Source of the DNA: Neoechinorhynchus agilis
Lineage: Eukaryota; Animalia; Acanthocephala
Length of the DNA: 64,000 nt
Direction of reading: 5' to 3'
Assembly: GCA_051530055.1 (NCBI GenBank)
Contig: CM121342.1
Location: forward strand, 15,205,480-15,269,479
Position numbers and translations under genes: made by a program. Numbering within the stretch: position 1 is the first letter of the stretch; each line of letters begins with the position of its first letter. The notes beneath the pieces were generated by a model. The model was not told where the DNA came from. It saw only the letters and a list, made by a program, of their open reading frames with translations, and ran no database searches. Of this stretch, positions 26,247-39,700 are shown piece by piece.

Positions 26247-26757
26247 TCAAAGGCTGCTTCGACGATGGAGAATTGATGTTTGCATTGCCCAGAGAAGTGT
26301 GCCTTCACTTAGGCGAATCTTGATGAGAACTGTACATTTTGAAACGCGGGAAAAATGGCAAAAATCGCTCATGATGTATACCCACCAGGAAAGTCCGTGG
26401 ACACAAATGGCCAACAATATTCGATTTGCACTCGTTTGACCGATAACAAATCGTGGGATCATCTGTATCAGAAAAACCGAACGTTCTTTGCGTAAACGTT
26501 TGACGGAACATATCGTCAATGCACTGAATTCGGAAGTAAAATAATGGCCATACCCTGGGCAAAAACTTTATTCAGAGTGCCACCGCGATACTTTCAATGA
26601 GAGTTAGGTTTGTGGCTAAGGACCCGGTGGAACTATCTATCGTCGAGGCACTACACTTTTTAAACTCTATGACTAATACGGCACTTAGATGCAGCTGGTA
26701 CTGTCGTGATAATTCGTATGAGAAGCATGAAGACAACCGTTGATCGATGCAGTGCAT
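26247..26757 (-). CDS. Possible small spliced gene of unknown function (copy B)
   Basis: Paralog of 20092-20602 with open frames retained. Confidence 0.25.
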
Positions 26758-26873
26758 TCATGGGCAGAATATATCATTTTACTAAAATGCAACATGACGA
26801 ATCATCACTCATTTTGACTCTACTCAAATTGAACTTCCTATGATATTGTCGCACTTACAGCTCAAAACACTAT

Positions 26874-28282
26874 ATGCACTTGTCTTTGTCTGGTGGAGGA
26901 TTTCTTGGACTCTTTCATAATGGAGTGCTCGACGCATTTCATCGGTATGCCCCTCAAGTACTAGAGGAGAAGATCATTGGGACCAGTGCAGGGTCACTGG
27001 CTGCTGCAGTCGCTTGTTGCGGTGTTTGTTCGGGTGAGTAAAAGCTAAAATCAATCCATATGAACGCTTATACGTCTTCAAGATCGAGCAATACTCGAAC
27101 TGATGGAGATGACCGTTACCGCTCGTGCAGCCAAACCATGGGCGTTTCATCCACAGTACAGCCTTTCAAACGCAGTGAGGGCGGCAGTTGAGCGGTAAGT
27201 AAACATAAAAATGTCCATCTTGTGATCATTTCCAAAAAGGGTTCTTCCCCAAAATGCCCATGAACTCTGCTCGGGGCGACTCCATGTAGGAATAACGAAA
27301 TGGAGGGATGGAGAACATCGGCTTGTGTCGCTTTTTGACACACGAGAGCAACTCATAGAGGTTTCCTTATCAGTATAATTATCGTTCTTTCAACTTTTGT
27401 AGGCGCTAGTATGTAGCTGTTTCATCCCATTGCTTTCTGGACTCGAGCCACCAAGATACAAAGAAGCGGTAGGCCTGCCGATTTAAGGCACATACTTTTG
27501 TATCTTAAGTATACCCGCTGTCCTCTAGTATTATTGGGACGGTGGAGTAGCTCAGATATGCCCTATTTTGAATAATGAAACTATCCGAGTATGCCCATTC
27601 GTAGCTGCTGTGGACATATGTCCAAAAGAAGAAGAAATAATGTCCAGCAAAGATTTAACATGGATTGACAGACTCATGCCAAATGCATACGTCGTTGGAG
27701 CTGGAGTAAAGATGAGATTTTCGTACGCACATTTCCTGAGGTTTTTGCAAGGATTTGTTCCTCAGAATATCGAGTCTTATTGCAACCTTTATGAAAGTGG
27801 ATTTAAGGCAGCGCTTCATTTTATAACATCGAAAGGTCTAGCTCAACCTGACGAAACTCAAGCGATTGTCCAAATGGGCAAAACCAGCGATAATCTCAGA
27901 TTATTAGCTACGCCGTTTGGCCTCGATCCTGAAAAAGATGAGCCGTGGACCGCCAAAGATTATGCGACTATCGCCATTAAAGCATTTGGTCTACCAGCGA
28001 TTGCCCTGTGGCAATTAAGTCCATTTAGTAAAAAAGTGAAGTTAGTTAAAGGTCCAATACACTTCTATGACTTAATATATTTTCGTTTTTGAACTAGACT
28101 TTATGACAATGAATTGGAGGAAGTTGTAAAATATCACGAGTCAGAGTGTCCAAAATGTCGTTCGTCCGTTAAGTACACCAAAATGATGTCAATCCTAAGT
28201 GAAGAGAAACTGGAGGTAAAATAAATCAATCATTAAAGGACGTGATGTTTGTACCTGTTAACTGCCAAAGAACGGCGACTAA
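26874..28282 (+). CDS. PNPLA2: Patatin-like phospholipase / ATGL-like, copy B, ~366 aa, apparently full length
   Basis: Exons 26874-27033, 27083-27194, 27240-27360, 27403-27468, 27529-28040, 28098-28215, 28271-28282. GGGFLG, GTSAG and WDGG are intact. TAC at 28174 where copy A has TAG; ends ...EEKLE|NGD*. Confidence 0.9.
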
Positions 28283-28559
28283 AAACATTTCCTTTTATTC
28301 GTTTTAAATACGCTTTTTGGTCAGTGGGCTAGATGTGTCGATATGTCTAGGAAAGTAAAACCAAGTATATTTCTGAAATGATCAGCATTTTTGAAGAACT
28401 ACGGATAACAAATGCTTATAAACAAATGCCGAAAGCCTTGTTGCGAGCCAACCTATAAATTGTGCCTGAATTACAACATGAAATGTAGTAAAGTTCGTCA
28501 ACACCCAATAGAATATGTTTAAATTTTATGCAAGCTTTGCGAGTTTTTTAATTTGTAAA

Positions 28560-29600
28560 TTTTTAATCATAACATAATAAAGTAAAAAACGTGCAATCAC
28601 CACCGTCCGCAAAATTGGAGCTTCTCTTCTTCCTCACTGTCGCTATCACGCTAGCAGCATTGCCTCGTACTGCGAGCGAGATATTTTGTCGCAGGAATAC
28701 ACCTGCTCGTGCGTCGCCGCTAGTTTCTCTCAATTTCTTCGAGAGAGCCCGGAGCAGGGTAAGTACCGAGCTGCCAAGCCCTCCATAAGTCTCTACTCCG
28801 AAGGGACAAAATAGTGGGCCCTTGCTAATTCTCTATATTTTCGTACCTTCCTCCCTTCCGCTGCACTGGCTGGACCTCCAGGGATCTCGAGAGGGTACGG
28901 AATGTTGCTTACTGCGAGGATATCCGCACACGTGGCGTTCCAGAGACGGCATTTGCCCTCCCGCCGCGGAAAGACCGAAATTCCGTCAGGTCGACGACCG
29001 TCTAATCGACAAAGATGGGAGGCTTCTAAGATGTTGGGGAAGTTCGCCGTTCTCAATGCCCGAGAAATTACGCTGTTGATCTCAGAATGGCGTGAGAAAC
29101 TTTTTCCTGACTTTCGGCAAACGATACCGTGTCGCCCGAAAGCATCAACAAAAGACCCACATCGACAGCGATGAGGCGTACATATCGGGAGACTAAGCCT
29201 TAAGGACACTGCGATCCTCGTTACCTCATCAGTGAGAAGAGTTCCCACAGATGCCAGAGGAACAGAAACCAACCACGCCCCCGATTCTCGTGTCGAAACT
29301 GCCAACAATCTAGCTCGGACGACCCCATCGCGAGAACCTGAAAGTAGAGAGCTGTGAGCTCTCGCGACGAGAAGTCTGTCCCAGATCGACTGTCGTTAGC
29401 GCCTGTCTGCTGGCACCATTCTTCAACCGAGTAGATTGAACGACCACATTTTCGTGTTGTTACGTGTTACAGCTTGACTAGCCTTCAACTCCTATTCTGT
29501 GAGGATGAAAAAAGTAAACATTAATGCCTGGTGTTCTTTGCCCACCTCAAGTAAAGCAGCGAGCGTGCACAATGACGGTTTACACGGAAGAATTGTAGAT
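28560..29600 (-). mobile_element. CRE-like retrotransposon 3' fragment (copy B, less deleted)
   Basis: ORF 28793-29308: AVSTRESGAWL.SVP..SVGTLL..CRCG...RRPDG. Confidence 0.85.
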
Positions 29601-30336
29601 CTGAGACGATGACACACAACAGATCGCCCGTTATCGATCGAACGCTCCCGACGCGTCGCAATCGATAACTCTATAATATTACGCTCCTACTGCCACCTTT
29701 TGTACGAAATCACGAAATCGTCGAATTTGGAATTTAACTTTATCGTAACAAATAGATGACGTCACAATATATCCAAAAATTTCATAAGGCCTTCTGTGTA
29801 GATATATCATGTTAAGTATCATACATAGATCAGTTTATATTGTATGAGCAACATCCGCTACACGTAATGCCCCGATCACACCCACTCACGTGCCTTCGAT
29901 TAATTATTATGTTTGGCACGTCATCATCGTCACATTAAGAAAATTAAATTCATTTAAGTTACGCTCTTGTTGCAGTCTTGTGAACGAGAATCATGAAATT
30001 GTTGAATTTGGAATTTAACTTTATCGTAAAAAATCGATGACGTTACAAGATATACAAAAATTTCATAAACCTTTTTGTGCAGATGGAGCGTGTTATTGAA
30101 ATTAAATTTATGTTGCGCTCTTGTTGCAGTCTTTTGAACGAAAATCAGTTTTGGTCCGGATTATTTCGCATGTATACAATATTTTCTTTATTAAGAGCTG
30201 AGTATCACGTTGAATGCCTCTTTTTTAAGAATGAGTTAATAATGTAGCTTCGTCGATTGGGATCTTGCGTGATTAAGGAGAATCTGCCAAAGGATATTGA
30301 AATGAACGCTTCATAGCTAAAGCTGATATGCAAGAG

Positions 30337-31480
30337 AACATAGGAATTGAAGAGCCATGAAGCAATCTTCTTGATAAAGAACTGCCTCTTCATGTCTAAG
30401 CTCCTCCACAAACTAAGGACTGTTCTTGCCTTCGACAACACGGACGACCTCGATAAATTGGACTGCCTATTGCGCGGTGATCTGGAGAAAATGCTTAACA
30501 TCGCCTTTGACGATACATCATGGAGACAAGCTACATTACCGACATTAAGTGGGGGTTCCGGACTACGACAGACTAAAGATGTCGCTTTACCGGCCTCTCT
30601 TGCCTCCTTTTGTGCTAATCTTAAGTACTCAACTAATATTTTTCCTGAGGTCAACGCGGAGCATTTCGATCGAGCTTTTGTGAAGTGGACAACATTAAGC
30701 GGGCAAACACAGATACCTAGAGAAAGCAACAAACAGCAAGCGTGGGATTCTCCACTCGTTCATCGGGTCCAATCTCAATTACAAGACCAGATGGATGAAG
30801 TGGCTAGGTTTCGTCTCGCTGCGCTTTCGACCAAAGAATTTGGAGCCTGGCTTGATGCTATACCATCCTCACATTTGGGCACTTTGCTGGATGATGAGAT
30901 CTTCCGTATTGCTTACTGTCTCAGATTTGGAATGGACATTTGCGTCGCTCATAAATGTCGATGTGGTTCATGTAAACGGTACGCAGGACGTTTTCCCCGC
31001 TATGCTGAAATAAACGCTATCATAAGTCGAACGCCGAGATCGATTCATGTGCCCTGCATCCTGGAGCCAAATAATCTCTGCCGCTCAGACGGGAAACGTC
31101 CTGACGGATAACGGTCTTTCCCTGGTCACGTGGCGGATGCCTTATATTGGATGCAACATGCGTCGATACGCTGGCAAACAGCAATATAGCGACCGCTAAA
31201 TTAGGCACAGGAGCCGCGGCAACGAGAGCGGAGGATCATAAGACCGCGAAGTATCATGAGTTAGCCTCTCAGTTTTTGTTCCTGCCCTTCGGAGTCGAGA
31301 CTTACGGGGCATTTGGAAAGGCCGCAGCGGAATTCGTGATTGAACTGGGGGCGACGTATCGCGAGTGTGACGAAAGAGCCGCAGTTAATCACTTTCTTGC
31401 GTCAAAACTTGAGTCTGGCGGTCCAGCGTTGGAACGCTGTCAGTGTCCGGATGACATGTAATGGGCCTAATTTAAGCTGT
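30337..31480 (+). mobile_element. CRE-like retrotransposon 3' portion including the RLE domain and 3' end
   Basis: ORFs 30347-31111 and 31147-31461: CRCG, RSDGKRPDG, WDATCVD, AE..K..KY..L...FLPFGVETYG. Confidence 0.88.
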
Positions 31481-31839
31481 AATTGATTTCTCATTACCTG
31501 AAAATTTCGATGACCAAATTCATAAAGGGAATTTTCTTGTTTACAATAGAAGTGAAAGTTGTTATAGACAAAAATTCCTGTTTTACCGATGCAAATGTGT
31601 TTACGTCCATAAATCGTGTGCACGTAAAAAATTTTATATTGTTCAAATAATTTATAATAAGAAAAGTTCACATTAAACTCGCAACAGCTGCCGAATTTAT
31701 GATTTGGCGAATATCACCTCTCCATATAAAAGACACCCTTCATCTTTTATTTCCTTGGAATTCACGGAAAAGAAAGTAAGGGTCGACGTAGTTAGATGAA
31801 GGACGTTTCTATAGGTACTCACCACGTATCGAGAGCTTT

Positions 31840-34800
31840 TACGCTACCCTCTCACATTGTTCTTAAAATCTCGGAGTTATTACCTGACATTATTTTTTTT
31901 ACAAGAGACTGGTCCCAGATTGTTGATCTCCAGAGATTCTTACGACGCCTCTATCTAGCTCCATCTTAAACCATAGGGAAATCTGTAATCGGTTTTTTGA
32001 GGGCTTACAATCTTTTATTTTAAGGAGATGAAATTTTAAACTTCTCATACAACAAAGAACACTGATTTTGCCTATCAAGTTATATCGATGATCAATCCCT
32101 TTTGTTTACACTTTCTTTTGAAATGCACGTGATCATTGCCAATTTTTATGTCGCGCCTTTAAAAATCTCTTTATTTTTAAAATGATAAGCCCTTAAGATT
32201 CAGGTATTGAATCCAGACGTGATTGGCCGACATTTTAACTCAAATTTATTATCCGCATTTTATAAGCTATTACTCCAGATCACTTCTAACGAAGGATTTA
32301 AAATCAAATATTCTGTTATCACAATACGTATTGAAAAGGAATAATCAGATTTTAGGCATCGATTTTCCATCCTCAAAAAATCGCTCATTTTTCAACACCT
32401 CCCTTAATGGCTTCTTTTATTCTATCAGACGATTTCTAAATAATCTCTCAAGTTTAAGTTGAACCCTGTAGTCATGAGCAACTTATTATTAACATTTATT
32501 GGCGGATCGATTTGCTTTTTTGAACGCTGACCTCCGCCAGAAATTAGAATGTTCTTCTTTAATAAATTCGGAAGTAAATTGCGAAAGATTTGCCACCAAT
32601 TTAAGTTTAGTTCGACTACTCTCAGCGCTTTATAGAATTTTTGTAACTAAGGTTTATTTTTACGCTCTAGTAGTCGACGCTCACCTCGACAAAGTGTTCG
32701 CAAATATCGACGCCTACTCATACGCCACTAAACTCCCTCCCCCCGCGAACTCTAACCATTCCTCTGCCCTTATCACTCCCGCCACCCCACCTCAGCGTAT
32801 GAAATATCCTCGTTTTCCCGTATGGGATAAACGTGATCGTCACATCCAAAATTTTATAAAATTATTCAACTCTAACATCCGCACATCCCACTCGGACAAC
32901 ACAAATGATCCTTCCTTGACCATGTCCTCCCTAAATTCAATCATAAAAAATTCCCTTACTTCGGCAATTTCCAAGAAATTCATTTGTATCTCCAACCGCG
33001 ACCCACCATGGATAACCCCCATTTTGAAACTTCTACAAAGGCAATCTCATAAGGCCCATCGCAATAACTCCTAGATTTTTCCCCTACACGGGCGAATGAG
33101 CAGTCATTCCCACGATTTTTGGTCTGGGAAACGCGGGTCTGCGCTCAATGCCTCAAGACCATATTGTTATAAGTTTGTGCATCCTCCGGATTCTCAGATA
33201 CCTCCAGGAGGTTGGACACATCAGTGAGTTTCCTCCCTTCAGCAGTATTTCGTCCCCTTTGATGTGCGTCATCGTTGGTAACGGATTTGAACTCGTTGAC
33301 CCTTACAAACTTCGCCACTTTAGCTTGGATAAGCTTTCCGATTTTTTTTAGAATTTTTTATATGTGGATCAGCAGGCAGTCTTTTGATAGAACGGTCTTG
33401 GGGCATTGAGCGCAGACCAGCGCTTCCCAGACCAAAAATCGGAGGACTGACTGTCCATTCGGCCGTGCAGGGAAAAAACCCGCAAAAACTTCATTTCCTC
33501 TAAAATTCGATCAGGTGGCAACTTAACATGGTGGCGGACCGTCAAGGACCCTCTTGGCCTACGCCACCCGAATCCCTTCCCTAATTTTTCCTCCACTGAA
33601 TTAAAACAGGTTCTGGATTCCATTAATCAGAACCTCTGCCCTGACTCAATTTACAATCACTGCTCAACATCAGTCTCTACAAAATCTTTCACGCCCACAC
33701 CTGAAACTTTTGTCAACTTGCCGATACTCTCCTTAGTTTCATCATATAAAGTACTAAAGTATATCATGAAATTACCTAAAAATTCGTCCTCTCAATCCGA
33801 AATCCCACTACATGCTCTTCGCTGCATCATCCCCGAACTTCTCGACCCTCTTACCCACATTATAAACCTCAGCTTTTTATATGGCATCTACCCCTCTTGC
33901 TTGAAAACTGCCAAAGTTATACTCGTTCCAAAAAAAGGGCATCCTATTTCGGTCGAATCATTCCGCCCAATTTCCATTTTACCCGCTCTTTCAAAATTCA
34001 TCGAAAAATGTTTATAATCTCGCCTTCTTTCACTTCTCCACAAAGAGTTATCGCCCCTACAATTTGGCTTCCGACCCAGATTTTCTCCAACCGATGCCCT
34101 ACTTTGCATTTATGATACGTTCCTACTTAACCTCGACAATAATCCCTCCCATGTCACCCGTATCATTCAACTTGATTTATCTAAAGCTTTCGACTCAGTG
34201 GACCATTCACTCCTTCTCCTGGCCTGCTCCGATTTTGGTCTCAACTTGTGGCAGATCCGCTGGCTCGAATCTTATCTTCACAATCGCAAAACAATACATT
34301 ATTCACCAATGTTCTACCTCTTCTATCATCCTATCCCTCACCAAAGGCTATCTCAAGATACTGTTCTGTCACAACTTCTCTTTAATATTTTTATAAGCAA
34401 CCTCAAACCTCTCTCCTCTCACTCTAAACTCTTCTTATATGCCGACGATATCACCCTCGTCACCCATCCGCCACCCCTCCTCTCCTTCTCCTTAACCTCT
34501 AACGAAATCACACACATAAAAGATTTCTGCAACAATCACAAACTCCACCTGAATTTCTCTAGATGCTTCGAAATGATCTCCTCGCTTGCAAACCCACATT
34601 ATCCCCTGAGCTTCTAAATGACATCCAACGAGTAACCTCCCTAGGAATTCTGGGCATTTAATTGCAGTCAAATTTGAAATTGGACTCGCACATCACTCTC
34701 TCCCTCAAGCACAACACCTATAAAATTTATCTAATCAAACACCTCCGACATTTAGGAATCCCTTAACCCGATCTCTACAAATTTTACTTCGGCTTTATAT

Positions 34801-35120
34801 TACCATCCCTCGCCTACAGTTATCCCGTATTTCGCAACCTTTTCAAATCTCAAATCCGCCGTCGTGAAATTCTTCATAAAAGAGCATCTAAAATTTACAC
34901 TGCTGACTTCCCCCTTCTCACCCAATGCCTTGATGCTATTTTCATAAAACAATCAAAACACCTCTCAACCCTGCCATCACAATTTCTTCCACATACCGCT
35001 CCTTTTTCACACGAGCACAACACACCTAATCCTAATTCGTTTCACCCTCCTATATCTCGCACGTTTCTATACCTAAGCTCTTTTTTCATGCTATCCAATC
35101 TTCTCGGATATCATAACCTG
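31840..35120 (+). mobile_element. Degenerate CR1/L2-like LINE ORF2 (APE remnant plus RT)
   Basis: PDIIFLQET-like and IANFYVAP (APE); PPWIT; AKVILVPKK; FRPISILPALSKFIEK; QFGFRP; DLSKAFDSVDH; LFLYADD. Many frameshifts and stops. Confidence 0.85.
33076..33478. repeat. 85-bp gap-free inverted repeat with 233-bp spacer (MITE-like) inside the LINE
   Basis: 33076-33160 matches the reverse complement of 33394-33478 at ~74/85 positions. Confidence 0.85.
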
Positions 35121-35194
35121 AAATGATTCTGAGGAAAGACCAACCTTACAAGCGCTGCTACAAGCAATAAACACCAATTCCCACCAGAACAGAC

Positions 35195-35557
35195 CTTCCA
35201 ACCCAACCGGATATTCTCAATCGAACGGACACATTCTCATCCGAACGAACCGTCCCCGGCTGGATAGTTCCTACCCGAATAGACATCCCTCCGACCAGAT
35301 ATTACCTCCCGAACGGACATCCCTCGACTGCATATTCCCATATAAACGGTTGAGGACCCAAAGGTACATGGATCCTCCTAACTTTTTGTATTTTCAACCA
35401 CCAACCTTCCTAATCTGATTGGGTATTTTCCCGCCTGACCGGACCTATTATAGACTCCAAAATCAACTGCCACAATTATTTAAAAAAATCAGAACTCTAG
35501 TGTTCATGAGGACCCAAAGGTACATGGGTTCTATTCTGTTGGCTTTAATAAAACGTG
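35195..35557 (+). mobile_element. Short-element termini: ~16-18-bp degenerate tandem repeats plus two stem-loop motifs GAGGACCCAAAGGTACATGG
   Basis: ccgaacggacatccct-type units at 35195-35345; motifs at 35352 and 35508, the latter followed by aataaaacgtg. Confidence 0.6.
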
Positions 35558-35950
35558 GTATTATTATATGGGTCTACAGTAACTTGTATTTAATTTCACA
35601 CTCGCATAATACCTCTTTTAGAGATTCTGCACTTAGTAAGAAAACAACAATTTTAAGGGGTGATATTTTTAATACTTTACTAGTCTCATTTAGCAAAATT
35701 ACCGAAAAGGACAAAAGGAAATGTTTTCTTCTCAATGGTAAGTTTAAGAAAAAGAGGAAGAGTATGGGTATTGAGGAGCTTAGAGGTCGTTCAAACTCAG
35801 CTCCTACTCTCCTTCGATCTCCTTTTCTTCATTTATGACTCAGTAGAGTCGAACTCTCAAGCAATTAATTTATCCGTATAACAGTGCAACAGTATGCATG
35901 TGAAATAAATAAAAAATAAACCCGATTTATCAGAGCAGTTTCGCGACGGT

Positions 35951-36480
35951 TTATCGTTTACGGATCACGGCCATATTTTCGTATTTTGGTTTTTCAAGGT
36001 CTTGCTTCGAGGAACGGCTAACACTGCAAGTCGGCGCCAAGCTCGCTTGCCAAGTTCTCTTCTTTCTGTTGAAAATGATGAGAACTCTGCTGGAGTATTT
36101 ATTATCCTTCTTTGTGATCGGTTTAAATCGTATCGCAGAAGCAATTGCCCAGCAACAACAACACGACAAAATATTTAAGGTTTTTGTTTAGCCATTTTAC
36201 GGAACGAACTAAAATTCCTGATCGATCACTAAGATTGGATTTTTGTAGTAAATCAAGCAATTGTAAAATTCGAAAAGTTGATTTATATTGATTTATGGTA
36301 ATGTGATTGCGTATTGCAAAAATTCTAAAGCGTCGGAATTTCTATTTGGTTATAAATCTCGTCTTGCATTGTTTTAAGGTAGTTTTGGTTCTTCGACACA
36401 ACGGGTTTTTACTGAACTCATCGCGCTCGCACGCATCAAGGAATAACAAATTAAAACTAGACTTTAAAGAAAATTGACTT
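35951..36480 (-). pseudogene. 3' exons of an unrecognised gene family (paralog of 55255-55790), ending ...KQDLEKPKYENMAVIRKR*
   Basis: About 85% nucleotide identity to 55240-55900. The frame RILQLLDLL.K.NLS.RS.ILVRSVKW.NKNL is conserved with synonymous changes. Confidence 0.45.
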
Positions 36481-36729
36481 TAATACCTTTGTTATAAACC
36501 AAAATATATTTTCAGAAATAATTGTTGAACATGCACTTTTGACGAAATTTAAAGACGAATACGCTGCGAACCTCCGAAATTGAACATATTTTGTTTGGCG
36601 ATTAAGAAAATAGAGATTAATTTATTAATTTCCTTTCGCAATATTTCGTCCGCCTTGTCGAACTTCTCCGGATTCAACAAAAAGAATTTAACAACAACGA
36701 GATTTATTCATCGTATATTTAGGCGGAGT

Positions 36730-39700
36730 GAAATCTTATGAAACGGTCAAGTCACGATATCCATCGCTACAATCGAGGTGCGCAGAAACTCTTCAACTCT
36801 CCGGCCCAGGAGAACGGTGGGGAATCTAGATGTTTGTGGATGGCGTATACAAAGAAAGCCTTACGTTCTGGCGGACGACCTCTCGAGAAAAAACAAGGCC
36901 GCGGATACCCCAAGTTTTCCATACAGCTTGAACTTGCGAACAATTCATTCCCAGTTTCAACGCTCGTTTAGCCCTTTTGTTACCCACTTTGAGAAGTCTT
37001 TTCATTCTATTAATATCGGTTCTAGGAGAAAGATCGACCGTTAAATATTGCCCTAGAATGCGCAATTTAAGTGGGGTTTTGGAGTTGAGCGCACGGGGAT
37101 CATTTAGAGGGTTCATTAGATTATTAAAAAAGATTTGAACTCTTTTCCAAGGCGACATGAACGAACCTTAAAGATGCATAGCGATTTGGAGAAATTAAGA
37201 GAAAGACTCATACGTGGTAAAATTGAGTTGAGGTAGTCAATACATTGCTTTATCCGACATTTCAATTTAGTCGTCCGCGTAACGGGTGAGCGAAGCACGA
37301 ATATTGCAGTTTTTAATAATACATTAAGACGCTATTAGAAAAAGAATTGGGGAAAGTGGCGATCCTTGAGGAACACGTGTAAGCGGGTAGAAAATCGATT
37401 TCGAAGCGCCGTCTTCGTAATAAAAAGACTCTGTAAAAAGAATATTAAAAATTCGAGAAATTAAATTATGAGGAACGTTAAAGAACTCCAGCATATTGAT
37501 TATAAAGGACAAAGAAATCTTGTCAAAAGCCTGAGATAAATCAACGGTTAAAATGGCTCTTATAGGTAGAGTGGAGTTTGAAAAGCAGCATAGATATCAG
37601 CTAGTGCAGAGTGAACTGATTTCCCTTTTTGAAACACATGGTAATTGGACGAGATAATGTTATGCTCATTTATAAAGGATCTCAAACGAAGCGCTTAGGC
37701 TCGTTTGTAAATGGTGACAAAAGGATTCTGTAGAGAAATCGGGCGAAGATCTTTTGGCAGAGTGACCGACTTTTTCCCATTTTTGATAAGAAAAATACGC
37801 CGTGCCACGACAATCTCTCGCCAAGCATAAGGAGAGCAACTAAGCATTAGTTTGGCCAAATTAACGATGCAGTCGTGTGGGAGTAATGTAAAATTTTTGG
37901 TGCCAGAGCTGGAGTTTGAGGATGCCGATTTCGGATTGCTCGACCAAACCTTGAGAATGTCATCCAGTGTCAAATCGCCCCGGTTGGCGAAAATTCTCCG
38001 AAAAATTATTGTTGGCATATCCTTGATAGAGCCCGAAGAATGAAATTCAAGGATGGCTTTCAAAATATCATCTAAAGTCGACGTTTTCATCCAACCGGAA
38101 ATTCTCGATTTCCAGTGTATGTTGTTCTTCCTTTGAAAAGTGTACCACCATTTTGAGGAGAAGGGCTTCAAGTTGGCAAGCAGATCTGCTCTTTGTTGTG
38201 TCTGCTGCCTACATCGAGCTGCCCAGTAATGACTGGACAAAATTTTGGTAAGAAGTACGTCTCCAGAACGTTTCGAGAGAAAATACTGGCGTCCAAGAAA
38301 CCGAAGAGATCGACTTTCATATGGACGAGAGAAAAACCTCACCATACGAAATAGAAAGATATTGGCTAATGTATTAAGGGCGTTGTTAACATATGGTAAA
38401 GTGTACGACGGATCATTTCGGCAGGAGGTGAGAGATAAAAGATTTTGGCTAGCTAGGCGGAAAAAGGTAACATTGAGCGGGACCGAATGACCAGATTAGG
38501 ATACCATGACCTAAAAGGTCAAAAAGAGACACCTGACGATCAGATTGAATGGAAAATTCAGATCACCAATGTGGGAGTTAACGAGGATTGAAAAATTGAA
38601 ATAAGACCCTGTGATGCGGGACTGAATGGGGGGAGTAATAAAAGAGATGAATGTTGAGCTGTTCAGATGAGTTAGATAATTATAGAGTTGGTCCTGAGTA
38701 TAAATACTTTTCGTTTCCTGCAGAAAGATGATCGAAATGTCCGGTATGACGTGAGTTAGCCTGGCAAAATTAGTCGCCCCACCACAATTCCACTGTAACA
38801 CCCGTCTTCGAATCATCAGAGATTTCTGGCGTTTGCATTGGATATGAGGGCCGCTGTTCCATCGTTGATAAGCAAGGTTTGAGCTTTAATGATCCTATTG
38901 ACAAGATCTGTATAAGATTCCTCAAAATCCACGAACCCATCCTCGCTTTTAGACCGGTCTAAAACAGAGCCATCGTTGGATTTTTTGGCGCTCGAGATTT
39001 AATATCAGTCGGATTGGCTCTTTTAAGCTTCGCTGCATTTTGTTGGGAACAACTAGATGAAATTATATCGGGGAAATTCACTAGATTACGCTAAGGGCGC
39101 ACACCTTTCTCTCCAAGGTTGTGATAGCCTCAATGAAGCGAGCCTGCATAACGGTGAGCAATTTGTTGCAGGCCCCTCCAATCGCCGTTCCAAATGCTCT
39201 ATGGTCACCAGTTGTTATGAATCCGTGCATTGAGCGACAGTAGCGTCCGAGCTCTTGACTTTACGAGTCGAAGGAGTAGCAATAGGAGTCGCTGAGACAT
39301 TAGGTTGGCGCACTTAACGGGTGCTTGGGTAGCGTTCGTTTTTCCTTTTTGGGCCCAAGACCAATACTTCTTGAATTCTGGGCATTCTTTATCTAAAACA
39401 GAATGTTGTCCGTTGCAGTTGGCACAGCGCTTGATTGTCTTATTTGGGTAATTCTGGGATGACAATCGATCTTTTTCACACCGTAGTTTACAAAGGTCAT
39501 TTGGAACTTCTGCCGATATGCACCTTTGCGCGAATCGAATCTCTCATTGAGTTCTATAGAACACCAATCAATAAGATAACCCTTCCAATATTTCTGATAC
39601 TAGCATTGTACAGTTCTCTCAAGATGATCCGAATGCGATCAGAAAGTCACGGACGAATGTTTCGGAATGAACGCGCAAAGGGAGTAATGCTTTGATTGTA

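Larger units (their letters stand above)
25815..30967. repeat. Segmental duplication 1, copy B
   Basis: Direct copy of 19660-24625 plus an extra 181 bp at ~29212-29392. Confidence 0.97.
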
